Notes under the pieces: generated by a model | Seen by the model: the letters and a program-made list of their open reading frames with translations, nothing else | Told to the model about the DNA's origin: nothing | The model's database searches: none | Program-made: the position numbers and the translations under genes | From: Nemertoderma westbladi | Taxonomy: Eukaryota; Animalia; Xenacoelomorpha | Assembly (NCBI GenBank): GCA_032718475.1 | Contig: JAUCBJ010006065.1 | Location: 1-52,336, forward strand | Length of the DNA: 52,336 nucleotides | Direction of reading: 5' to 3' | Shown here: positions 1-10,849 of the stretch, piece after piece | Position numbering within the stretch: the stretch's first letter is position 1 | Layout: each line of letters begins with the position of its first letter

Positions 1-140
1 GTGTTCACCCCTTTTAATCTGCACCCCCCCCCCCCCCCCCTCCCCCCACCCACCAATACATAACCGCGACATCTTCCACCCTCGGAAGGGTAGCACGAAC
101 TTATTTCCAAACGCACGTTCAATATGCAAAGCCAGGTGGT

Positions 141-599
141 TTATAGGAATATAATCAATGCAGTACTCGTCTTCATTATAAGCCTCTTTGCGTTCGACCT
201 GTTTTGTATTAAAATATATTTATTAAACGCAGGCTGACGCTCTTTATAATAATAATACCTAGGGATGCCAGCTTCCAGACTTTCAATCTTTCCTGCCGCG
301 CAAACCCCGCAGAGGAAGTTTTGGTTTGAGAGATCAAGCCCATCGGCAATTGGTGTTTCAATTTCGGTCCAGGAACTCTGACAATGGGAGCATTCAATCT
401 TAGCTGTGGTCCATTCCCGTGGTTTCGGCTTCCTTTTCTTCGTCCCAATGACAGATTCTTCTGAAGACGTTCGATTCGCTTTCAGTTTATTGTTGGCGTT
501 TGTGTTTTGAAGTTGTATTCGAGTGGAGAGTCGCGCCGGTTTCGAGGTAACCATACCGACCTGTGATAAGCGTTGGTTTTGTTGAGTGCCGGTATTCAT
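141..599 (-). CDS. Putative 152-aa ORF with CxxC...CxxC zinc-finger-like motif, possibly a LINE ORF1 N-terminal remnant (copy 1)
   Basis: Basic stretch (TKKRKPKPR), then CSHC-x23-CGVC followed by KIESLE. Resembles the finger plus coiled-coil start of CR1/L2 ORF1. No ORF2 follows. Confidence 0.35.
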   Translation of the reverse strand: MNTGTQQNQRLSQVGMVTSKPARLSTRIQLQNTNANNKLKANRTSSEESVIGTKKRKPKPREWTTAKIECSHCQSSWTEIETPIADGLDLSNQNFLCGVCAAGKIESLEAGIPRYYYYKERQPAFNKYILIQNRSNAKRLIMKTSTALIIFL

Positions 600-1249
600 C
601 TTCTCTCACCTCTTCAATGTCAGATGTTGCAAATACTGATAACACGAATAACGGTATATATTTCAATACTTGTCAATAGTAATATATATAATTTAGATAA
701 CTATTTTATATCTGTACTGTTGAGCAAACTCTACATAAATTCCAACCTGTGTATCGCCGGTAGTGCTGTTGCTGTGCAAGTGCTGAAGTGCTAGTTGCCA
801 CCGGTCAGCCGGTACCGGTAGTAGGGTGGTACCTACGGTGCGCACTACAACGACAGTACAGCAATACGGTGTACCGTGCCAATGACTGAATGATTAGCGG
901 TAACTATCTAAACTATTATATTATTATTACCGGTGCCGGTACTGGGCTAATTAGGCCTAAACTATAATCACCGCAAGGGTTGCCGGGGCCATGTTTAATT
1001 AGATTACATGATATGGCATGTCTGCAGTGTATGGTACCGGCTGACAAGTATTGCAGTATTGATTGATTGCAGGATTCTCGATTCAGGGATTGAGTACAGC
1101 CTGACAGTACCGGTACACATGGTACATGCAGATTGGCAGACAGCCCCAATGTATTGCAAAATTTGTCAGAAACCCAGCTGATTTATCCTACAGTAATAAT
1201 AATTTAACGCATTTTAAATTTGGATAAATAAATTTATTATAACTGCAAT

Positions 1250-1463
1250 AACAGTTACACTGATGCTGCACGAAGGCCCCACGCAAATTCTACTTGGAAA
1301 ATTTTCAAACTTTTGCCAAACAACATGTGTACCAAGTTTGGATAGATTTCATCAAGGATTGGCCGAGTTATTAACGTTTAAAATAAAATACTGAAAAAAA
1401 AAACGCGACAGAACGACAGAACGACACGTTCGTGGGGCCTTCGCGCAGCACGAGGCCCAGTTA
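1250..1463 (+). mobile_element. Helentron-associated (HINE/DINE-1-like) non-autonomous element
   Basis: 20-bp subterminal inverted repeat tgctgcacgaaggccccacg (1264-1283) / cgtggggccttcgcgcagca (1431-1450); internal tgtgtaccaagtttgg core; (acagaacg)n microsatellite. Partial second copy at ~2802-2969. Confidence 0.5.
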
Positions 1464-1692
1464 TGAGATACAAATTAAAATTGTGCGACTGTATCACAAA
1501 ATCAGGTTATGAGAGATGAACCACACCACCAATTAATCAAAGAAAGGGGGACAGTACGTGTTCACCCCTTTTAATCTGCACCCCCCCCCCCCTCCCCCCA
1601 CCCACCAACACATAACCGCGACATCTACTACCCACGGAAGGGTAGCATGAACTTATTTCCAAACGCACGTTCAATATGCAAAGCCAGGTGGT

Positions 1693-2151
1693 TTATAGGA
1701 ATATAATCAATGCAGTACTCGTCTTCATTATAAGCCTCTTTGCGTTCAACCTGTTTTGTATTAAAATATATTTATTAAACGCAGGCTGACGCTCTTTATA
1801 ATAATAATACCTAGGGATGCCAGCTTCCAGACTTTCAATCTTTACTGCCGCGCAAACCCCGCAGAGGAAGTTTTGGTTTGAGAGATCAAGCCCATCGGCA
1901 ATTGGTGTTTCAATTTCGGTCCAGGAACTCTGACAATGGGAGCATTCAATCTTAGCTGTGGTCCATTCCCGCGGTTTCGGCTTCCTTTTCTTCGTCCCAG
2001 TGAAAGATTCTTCTGAAGACGTTCGATTCGCTTTCAGTTTATTGTTGGCGTTTGTGTTTTGAAGTTGTATTCGAGTGGACAGTCGCGCCGGTTTCGAGGT
2101 AACCATACCGACCTGTGATAAGCGTTGGTTTTGTTGAGTGCCGGTATTCAT
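1693..2151 (-). CDS. Putative 152-aa zinc-finger-like ORF (copy 2)
   Basis: Differs from copy 1 by about 4 residues; all four cysteines retained. Confidence 0.35.
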   Translation of the reverse strand: MNTGTQQNQRLSQVGMVTSKPARLSTRIQLQNTNANNKLKANRTSSEESFTGTKKRKPKPREWTTAKIECSHCQSSWTEIETPIADGLDLSNQNFLCGVCAAVKIESLEAGIPRYYYYKERQPAFNKYILIQNRLNAKRLIMKTSTALIIFL

Positions 2152-2957
2152 CTTCTCTCACCTCTTCAATGTCAGATGTTGCAAATACTGATAACACAAA
2201 TAACGGTATATATTTCAATACTTGTCAATAGTAATATATATAATTTAGATAACTATTTTATATCTGTACTGTTGAGCAAACTCTACCTAAATTCCAACCT
2301 GTGTATCGCCGGTAGTGCTGTTGCTGTGCAAGTGCTGAAGTGCTAGTTGCCACCGGTCAGCCGGTACCGGTAGTAGGGTGGTACCTACGGTGCGCACAAC
2401 AACGGCAGTACAGCAATACGGTGTACCGTGCGAATGACTGAATGATTAGCGGTAACTATCTAAACTATTATATTATTATTACCGGTGCCGGTACTGGGCT
2501 AATTAGGCCAAAACTATAATCACCGCAAGGGTTGCCGGGGCCATGTTTAATTAGATTACATGATATGGCATGTCTGCAGTGTATGGCACCGGCTGACCAG
2601 TATTGCAGTATTGACTCATTGCAGGATTCTCGATTCAGGGATTGAGTACAGCCTGACAGTACCGGTACACATGGTACATGCAGATTGGCAGACAGCCCCA
2701 ATGTATTGCAAAATTTGTCAGAAACGCAGCTGATTTATCCTACAGTAATAATAATTTAACGCATTTTAAATTTGGATAAATAAATTTATTATAACTGCAA
2801 TAACAGTTACACTGATGCTGCACGAAGGCCCCACGCAAATTCTACTTGGAAAATTTTCAAACTTTTGCCAAACAACATGTGTACCAAGTTTGGATAGATT
2901 TCATCAAGGATTGGCCGAGTTATTAACGTTTAAAATAAAATACTGAAAAAAAACGCG

Positions 2958-3088
2958 ACAGAACGACAGGTTGATTAATGGTACCCCTACGCTAAGGCTC
3001 ACTCACTTCGTGGCTCGCCCCACAGAACGACAGGTTGATTAATGGTACCCCTAAGCTAAGGCTCACTCACTTCGTGGCTCGCCCCACA
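2958..3088 (+). repeat. 64-bp tandem duplication ending in a Helentron-like 3' terminus
   Basis: acagaacgacaggttgattaatggtacccctaMgctaaggctcactcacttcgtggctcgcccc twice (2958-3021, 3022-3085). Confidence 0.85.
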
Positions 3089-3969
3089 TGTACAAGCCTC
3101 CTCCTATGAAAGTTTGTGAAATCTTCATTAAGTCTACCCAACACTCGTTGGTACCCGGCTGGCACCCTGGTTCTGTTTTCTGGTTTTGTTAGTTTAATCG
3201 ACAGCAGTTGTAACGTCCCAGATATACAAAACCTACTAAGCCTTTACTTTACAATTGACCTTAGCCTGAGTTGATGACAGTATTATAACGATGACAATTA
3301 GGCCCTATAGATACATACGATATATAAATGATATAATGCTTGACATTACACTAGCTGACTGAATAGAGATAGAACTATAATAATATAATAATAATGTAGT
3401 ACGTAACTCAAATTAACAATAAGTAGTGAAATGTTGTTCAGCTGTAAAAGTGTAGCTGTGGGTATTTAATTTCGCGTTCCATAATGTTGATAATATGCTA
3501 ATATTTCGAATATCGCACATCGAATCGTTCCCAACTTTTTTATTCAACAACTAGATACTAATTGATAAATAGTCGCGTTAAAAAATTTTGCGTACCTGCT
3601 TGAGTTTTTGAGATATTGGATGGTTATACACACACACATACATAACCACATCATGTTTTTGAACATCATAGACATCTCATACTCTCACTCCATGATTTCG
3701 GTAAAATCTTTAGTGTTGGGGTGCTTTGCAACACTTACGTATATTCTGTCTATATGGAAAATAAATTTCAAATTTCAAGAACGGCTCAACTCTACTTGAC
3801 AAGAACTACCCAGTCTAAAGACAGGTTCGTTATAATATATATGTACATGTGTCGTCTATGTACATATAGTCACACAACTGTCGTGTATGTACATATATAT
3901 GTGTAAAGAGGCAGTCAGTCTCCGGTACTTAAAAAACTACTTTGATCGCGAATCCTAAGAATGATTTTT

Positions 3970-4336
3970 ATAACTTTTTGTTGGGCACAGCTTTTGTAAG
4001 TCGGCAATGACGTCCAGGTTGGATCGAACTGGTGACCTACGAGGTGGTAGTCTGACGCTCTAACCATTCAGCTAGCGGCTCAGGTAAAAGATAGACCTGG
4101 AAATACTATCTGATACCTTGTATTACTTCCGTCGCAATTCAGAAAAAATACAAGGTATCAGATAATATTTCCAGGTCTATCTTTTACCTGAGCCATTAGC
4201 TGAATGGTTAAAGCGTCAGACTTCCAACTCGGAGGTCACCAGTTCGATCCCACCTGGACGTCATTGACGATTTTGCAAAAGCTGTGCCCAACAAAAAGTT
4301 ATAATAATATGAAAACACTCATTCACCCATAACACC
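3970..4336 (+). mobile_element. Palindromic element with two divergent tRNA-like arms, a 3' tail and a 13-bp TSD
   Basis: 3970-4124 is the reverse complement of ~4148-4302. Each arm has A-box-like (tagctgaatggt) and B-box-like (gttcgatcc) motifs around a ttccaa loop. aagaatgattttt direct repeat at 3957-3969 and 4337-4349. Confidence 0.8.
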
Positions 4337-5111
4337 AAGAATGATTTTTCACTCCTTGCGATTTTAAACGATTATAAATCAATTAACAAACCTATTAATT
4401 GTTGGCGATTTGGCGTATTTCTACGCCTTTTAAATTGTATTATTGCGATAAAGCAATGTAAAAACCTACATCTAACACACAATGAATTTTTTCCCCATGG
4501 ATTAGATATCGACCAATTAATCTCTGGTTTCTTTGTAGAAAACTTAGTTGCCTGTGCCCTGGGGATTATAGGGGTTACCCGGTTGATAGGCTAAATGAAT
4601 ATATATGATTGGTCCCAATGAGAGGTTATTGCTCGGCACTCTTAAGTGACACAGAGGTAGAGTTATGATCAGGTTGTTTATTGTGAGTTGGTGTATGTGA
4701 TTAACTTAAGAGTAAAATATAACCTCACGCTAGGATAGTAGGCCTATTTTACGTGTAAAGGACGGGGGCATGCCATTCTAACTCCCAAAGGTTGAACACT
4801 CCTTAACCAACCAACTCGTTTCATTGCTCCACCAGTCAGGTTGACATATCGCTGACTGGCATCAACCCGGATTGAACCGGCACATCTAGAACCTAAAGGA
4901 ATAACCGCATCATCATAAGCGTAGCAGGAGTAACTGATATTAGAGATTGGGTTCGGCAGGGACATTAATGAACGCCGCATACTAAGAGATGAGCGATGAA
5001 CAAAATCCTTGGACTCATCTTAGTATTTGCATATCTTAAGTGCGAAGGGGAAATCTTAAGGATCCTCTCTTTCTAGTTTGCATTATTGATATAAAAGTAG
5101 TATTGGTTCAC

Positions 5112-5742
5112 TAACACTCCCGGCGAAGTGTGAAGGGTGTGGGGAGGAGTTCACGACTACCCACGCCCTGAACTGCAAGTCGGGGGGTCTCATCATAAAG
5201 AGGTATGATGAGATGCGTGAGGTTTTTGGGGACCTCATCGCGACCGCGTTTGGGGGTTCCTGTGTGCCGTGAGGTCACGCTGTCCACCGGCTACATAGAC
5301 AGACGAGGTCGGCGGGGTAAGGGCGGATCTCCTTGCAAGGGGAGGCTGGGCCGAACAGAGGGTGGCGTCATTCGGTATATAGCGATTGTAAACGCCGACG
5401 CCCCCTCATATGTTAACCGGACCCTGGACTCAGTCCTGGAGCCGCGAGTCCGAGCTAAGAAGGTGCACTACAGTGCGGTGTGCGAGGATCTTAGGATCTC
5501 CTTCACCCCCCTAGTCGGAACCTCCGACGGGGTGTGGTGCAAGGAGGCCGAGATCCTAATCCGCCACCTCGCTGAGGCCCTTGTTGCTCGGCGGCAGGGG
5601 ATGCGCGAACGCGGCCTCGCTTGGGTTTTGGGTGGTGTGCGGAGGCGCCTACAGTTCGCGCTCCTTCGCTCAAACTCATTATGCTTGCGGGGTGGGAGAC
5701 GGCCATGTGCAACCTTTCCGGCCTTAACCGGCCGGTAATAAT
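5112..5742 (+). mobile_element. 5'-truncated, frameshifted CRE-like non-LTR retrotransposon 3' fragment (CCHC knuckle plus restriction-like endonuclease)
   Basis: Across frames: CEGCGEEFTTTHALNCKSGG (CCHC), then ADLLARGGW, IVNADAPSY, KKVHY, FTPLVGTSDG, QFALLRSNSLCLRG. GC-rich island in AT-rich flanks. Confidence 0.8.
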
Positions 5743-6635
5743 TTCATTATCTAGCACATTATATTAATATTATCTCAGCAAATGAATCAGTTTACCATAA
5801 CAACATAATATCAAAGTTATACAAATATAATAATAAATATATATATTTATATAAGCCTAAATATCTATAATACTTAATTAACATAATAAAATAATTAAGT
5901 TATTATATGCATATAATTTAAATTAATATAGATTATATTAATTAACTCATCGTGAGATATAAGAATAAATTCCGAAATGGTAATAAAGATACGAAAGTCC
6001 CGGTAAAGGTTGAAACATTGTATTAACAATATTTAGCGCGATATATATTCTTTGCCTTTAATAACTTACATATATTCCAAGTATTATAAATTCATCATAT
6101 TCAATATTCATCATTATGCAAGATTCATCATACATATCAGTGTACTCACATATATTAAATATTAACTTAAAAGAAATAACAAATACTTATATACTACAAT
6201 TAAAACATTACAGGTCTCTGGGTCCAAACGCTATTCAACAATTCGTATTATAGGCATCAACATAAATAAAGGCATTCTATTCGCTCTTTAACACAGAATT
6301 GCTTGAAAAATATAATCTACTTCTGAACATAAATATTTAATTATATATATATAATGTATACTTAGATTACTAATAAGTATATACAAATACAATATAAATA
6401 CAAACACTCCATCACCAGCACTTATGTGAGCACTATATGAGCACTAACTATATGAGCACTAACTATGGGTACCTCTGAAATAGAACGCAACATAAATATT
6501 TTCTTAATAAAATTTTTTCATAAAATGAATATATATTCATCCCCACAATAACAAAACGTAACGTTTGCGCATTTCATTCGGAATTTTCCAGCTAACGATA
6601 AAAATAATTGGGTATATTTTATTAGGAAATATTAT

Positions 6636-7305
6636 TATTTATTACATGGGAAAAAAGTAGAACTTTTTTTTTCACTATTCTCGGGGCATTCTATTTACCG
6701 AGCGACAGCGAGTTTAATAAAGGATCGAGAGAATATTGGAAAATAAAATGTTCTACGTTTTTTCCCCATACGTTACGTTAATACGTTATTTTATTCTTAA
6801 ATTGGTTCTTTTTTGTTGCTCAATTATTGTTACAAAATAGATTAAACTGTTGTATTTACTATATTGCTTCCATTTTTATTGCGATTCAAATTACTCAACT
6901 CTTCATTCAACTCCTGATGCTGCCTTACTCAATGTTAAATGAATTAGTGTTCTCGAATATTTATTTATTAAGTAACTAGAGAGCAGCTTAACTATATAAA
7001 CAAATATTGGATATTGAGTTCCGTTTTGGTGTACGCCGCGGAGACACTAAATTTGCCAAAACTTTTGAGTGTTTGAATGGATTTTACTCAAATTACATGA
7101 AAACCTTTTCCAAGTCAATGCTCTTTGAACAAATTGAATACAATTTAATAAATTTTACCAAAAATACTTATTTTACTTTTTCGCCGGGAAAAAAGTAAAA
7201 TCAAAGCAATCTGGTTACTTTTTTTCCCCTTGGGAAAAAAGTAAACTTTTTCTCCCAATTTGGAGGTATATTCGAGCGAAAAAGTAACAATTTTAGAATA
7301 AAACT
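6636..7305. mobile_element. Possible Crypton-like non-autonomous element
   Basis: Hairpin 6640-6770 (catgggaaaaaagtagaac...gttctacgttttttcccca) centred on ccgagcgacagcgag; repeated gggaaaaaagta motifs at 7186-7245; ttttattct/agaataaaa inverted ends. Confidence 0.35.
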
Positions 7306-7928
7306 TTTTACATTATGAAGCTGAGCAGCACATTTAACCCGCATTTTTACTAGTGTGGGGCAGAATTGTAAATTTCAGAAAGAATCAATATAAAAAACAC
7401 AAAATGCTGAGATTTACCTTTACAGGTTTAATAATAAAATTATTATTAATGTAATTTAATAGAAACTGATGCAAAAAAAAGCTCAACGAAAAGGTCAACC
7501 GGGATAAAATCAAACACAACATGGAAACAATATATAAATTAATTTATTTATCTTTCTAGTAAAATACGTATAATTAACAAAAATATATAATTATATCTTG
7601 TATTTCAAAATAATATTCATTGCATTATTGAAAATGAGGACAACAAAAGGTACAAAAGTTATTGCACTTAAACAAACTACCGTAACAATATAATAGGCGA
7701 GTCAATCTAGTATAAAACCAAATTTTAATTATCAATCACTACGAACCACATTTTTGTGATTCTATATTACCTTATTAATGACAAAAAAAAGTATATAAAA
7801 ACTTATTTTGCGGAAAATATATATATTAAATGAAATTCTACATAAGTTTGCATAACACAAGCCAAACAAAAAGAACACTAGGGAAGAGTAAATAGCAAAT
7901 TGGTGACGTTCAAGAATAAATAATTTAT

Positions 7929-9280
7929 TGAAGGGGGGGGGGGGGGGGGGGGGGGTACCCACACCTAGCCACTTTATTTTTAAATGGCCATTACTTTGGG
8001 TTATAGTTTAATATAACAATTTTATCGTCGCCAGCCTATGTCTGGAAGGCAAAATAGTCTCCAAACGTAAATTTGAAACTTTTTGGCCTCCCCCTAGCGG
8101 CTGGCGGTGGAATTGAGAATTGCACTAAAAACACTACAAGTCCCTCAATCTTGGTACAAATTTATTGAAATCGTTTGTTTTGGATTCAGCACGATCGACT
8201 CTACAAAATTTATCTTATAGAATTTTTAATTAGCTATTTTAAAAAAATGAATTAATTTAATTAAACATTTTTAATTATTTTGATTTAAATCAGCTATTAC
8301 ATGAATATGTTAAATGTTAAAGAAATGCCGAAAACCTTTCGAATGAGCCTAAAATCACGAGATTTGGTTGAAAAATGTCGCAGGAGTAGTGTTTTAAAAA
8401 TGAAAAATGTCCTTCTGAGATAATTGCCTTTAAAGTTTGAACCTTCCCGCGCAAAAACTGTTTGTTAATATGTAAGAATGTCTGTCATTTATATATAGCA
8501 ACAAGAAAGCACAAAACCATGCTAAGATTTTTGCCATGGGGGTTTTTATGGTCGCTAATTTCATTTCTGAGGGCAGTTTTCACTTTAAATGAAATCTAGT
8601 TAGTCTGTATGTCTGTCTGTCGCTCTATCTGACTATCCGACAATCTGTCCGTCAAATATAAGAAAAGGTCACACCATCTAGCTAAAAGTTTAGTTATAGG
8701 GGATTTCGAGTGTCAGTTTTAACATGACACTTGATGACTTCCAAATTGTCCGTTTGGTTGTCAGGCTGTCTGTTATAATTTGACGGACAGACTGATAGGC
8801 ATACAGACATAAACGACGAAGCCAAATTTAAATAATGACATCAGAAATGAAGTTAACCCCGACCCCGAAAATCCATATACGGAATTTTTTAGAAAGATAG
8901 TATACGTTTTATTGGCGGACAAACATACTGACGGACAGACCGACAGTCATATCTCGAAAAGTAAGATAGATGTTGCTAAATGGTTTTCAAATTTTGTATC
9001 TTGATAAAAATCTGCTCTAGATTAAATAATAAAAACAATTTTGAAAAAAATTCGAAAGGTTGGATGAAACTAAATCAGTCAATCGATAGTCACTGGACTA
9101 AAATGGTCTGTACCAAACTTGGGGAAAGTCCCAACAATAGACCCCTTGTTGCTATGTAAAATCCCTGTTGCTCAGGAAAGAAGCATGTAATTGAAAGTGA
9201 TCCGCATAATATATTTTTATAGACTTTTTGGTGAAAAAAGTCATCTTTTTCTTCTCTTTTTCCTCCTCTTCTTCGCTAGA
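7929..9280. mobile_element. Degenerate composite non-autonomous DNA element(s), partly HINE-like
   Basis: Poly-G start, tgtctgtc/gacggacagac microsatellite-like motifs in both orientations, tgtaccaaacttgg core at ~9110. No ORF. Confidence 0.3.
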
Positions 9281-10321
9281 TTGACTTGACTATAATGATA
9301 ATAACAAAGCCTATGTAATAACTACATACATAGGCCGCCCTACACAAAGCAATTGTACATTGTGCTGATCCGAGTGGTAAGTCATACGAAAGTAAGTAGT
9401 GATTGATTGCAAGTAAAGACGAGGATCAGAAATGGGTATGTACCGGTATGTAGTTTCATTCTAAAATTGTAACATTACGATGATAAATAAGACTGCTGCT
9501 GCGCTGAAGAAAATCTGCATATAAAAAAAAATATTTTATTGTTAACTATTTTTTTAGCGGATCTTCTTAAAGTTTATAATAGAAATTAATTGAGAATAAA
9601 AGGCGGAAAATAATAAAACCGCCCTATACCAACTACCGGAAGTCTGCTAGTGACGGTAGCTATTATTTATATATATTAATAATATCAGGACAACCCGGGA
9701 GCAATTTCAAGTTCAGTTTCATTGCAAAATCACTTGTCTACTTGAATGTACATATTGTGAACAGCTAGCTGTACACAGAGAGTACGACTCCCTGTGAATA
9801 CTTCACATTTAAGTAATGTTTGAAATTTTGGAATAAATTAATGAGATAACAATAGTAAAATGAATTAATTACACAAGGTAAACAAACGACTTCGAATAAT
9901 AATTTAAAACTGAGTTTATTAAATAAGTAAAGTTACATAATATTTGAATTTGGGACGAAAACAAAACAACATCGGGCGCTTATAACACATCCAAAATCAG
10001 GCAACCGCTTTACTGGTCCAAACAACTTAAACCAAGATATAATAAAACCAATATTTAACAATTTAATTTACATTGTAATGTACATACAATACACCATGAC
10101 TCAGAATAACACAATGTGTTTAATTAGGTCTGCCACTGATACCCACTCTCTCATGTTTTTCCCAGATATCTTAATCATGAAATTATTCAAAACGAATCGT
10201 TTAGCATCCTTATTTTTTCCCATTATAACAGACTGGGCTAGCATTAATGACAATAACATGACATTTTTGAAGGCCCATATTCCATCTATTTCTCAAAAAT
10301 GGAATTATGTCCTCAAAAAGG

Positions 10322-10482
10322 GAGACAGGGGGGAAAACCAGACGCAAATCCCATCTTGGCGAATCAATATCCCGCCTCTATGTGAAATTCTCATTTTATT
10401 GAAAGGAGCAGGTTAAAGTGGCACGTTATTTTAACTAAAACAATAAACAAAATACAATATAACAGGATACAGTTTTATTTTT
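10322..10482 (+). mobile_element. MITE arm (gagacaggg family), partial
   Basis: Aligns by eye with 30808-30968 and the reverse complement of 32870-33024 and 20441-20590. Confidence 0.7.
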
Positions 10483-10849
10483 GAGAGTAAGCTACTGTTA
10501 TTTGCGTCGAATTTCCCCTGGAGAGGGATGCATTTTTATTGCGTATAGTTCCCCCCCCCCCCCCCCCCCTAATCTGCAAAAAAAGGGACATAACATAACT
10601 CAAGTGCGGCAGGTAAAATATTGAATGGTATTGATTGGTATCACTTTTTCAAATGATTGTAAGAATTTTGAAAGTGGAAATGAAAAGAAAGCAATAAGCT
10701 GAAAGGGAGATTATCTCGGTTTTAAATTTCATGTAGAATAATTAAGTAGAAGGCTGGTGAAAATTGTGTCTAAATTAAGAAAACTAAATTCTGGGAGATG
10801 GAGTATGGAATGGCACACAAAGGTACAGTAGTACCGGTACACAATTACA

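Larger units (their letters stand above)
1..2969. repeat. Tandem duplication of a ~1.55-kb unit (copy 1 from at least position 1, copy 2 from 1558, diverging at ~2969)
   Basis: gtgttcacccc...gcacccc at 1 and 1558; near-identical ORF pairs (141-599/1693-2151, 573-794/2125-2346, 916-1149/2468-2701) at a 1552-bp offset with scattered substitutions. Confidence 0.95.

Noticed and set aside
4190-4262. Functional tRNA-Trp gene
   Set aside because: Acceptor stem does not pair and the anticodon arm is irregular; it is part of a diverged repeat family.
4744-4980. 78-aa ORF
   Set aside because: Short, with no recognisable motif or splice context.
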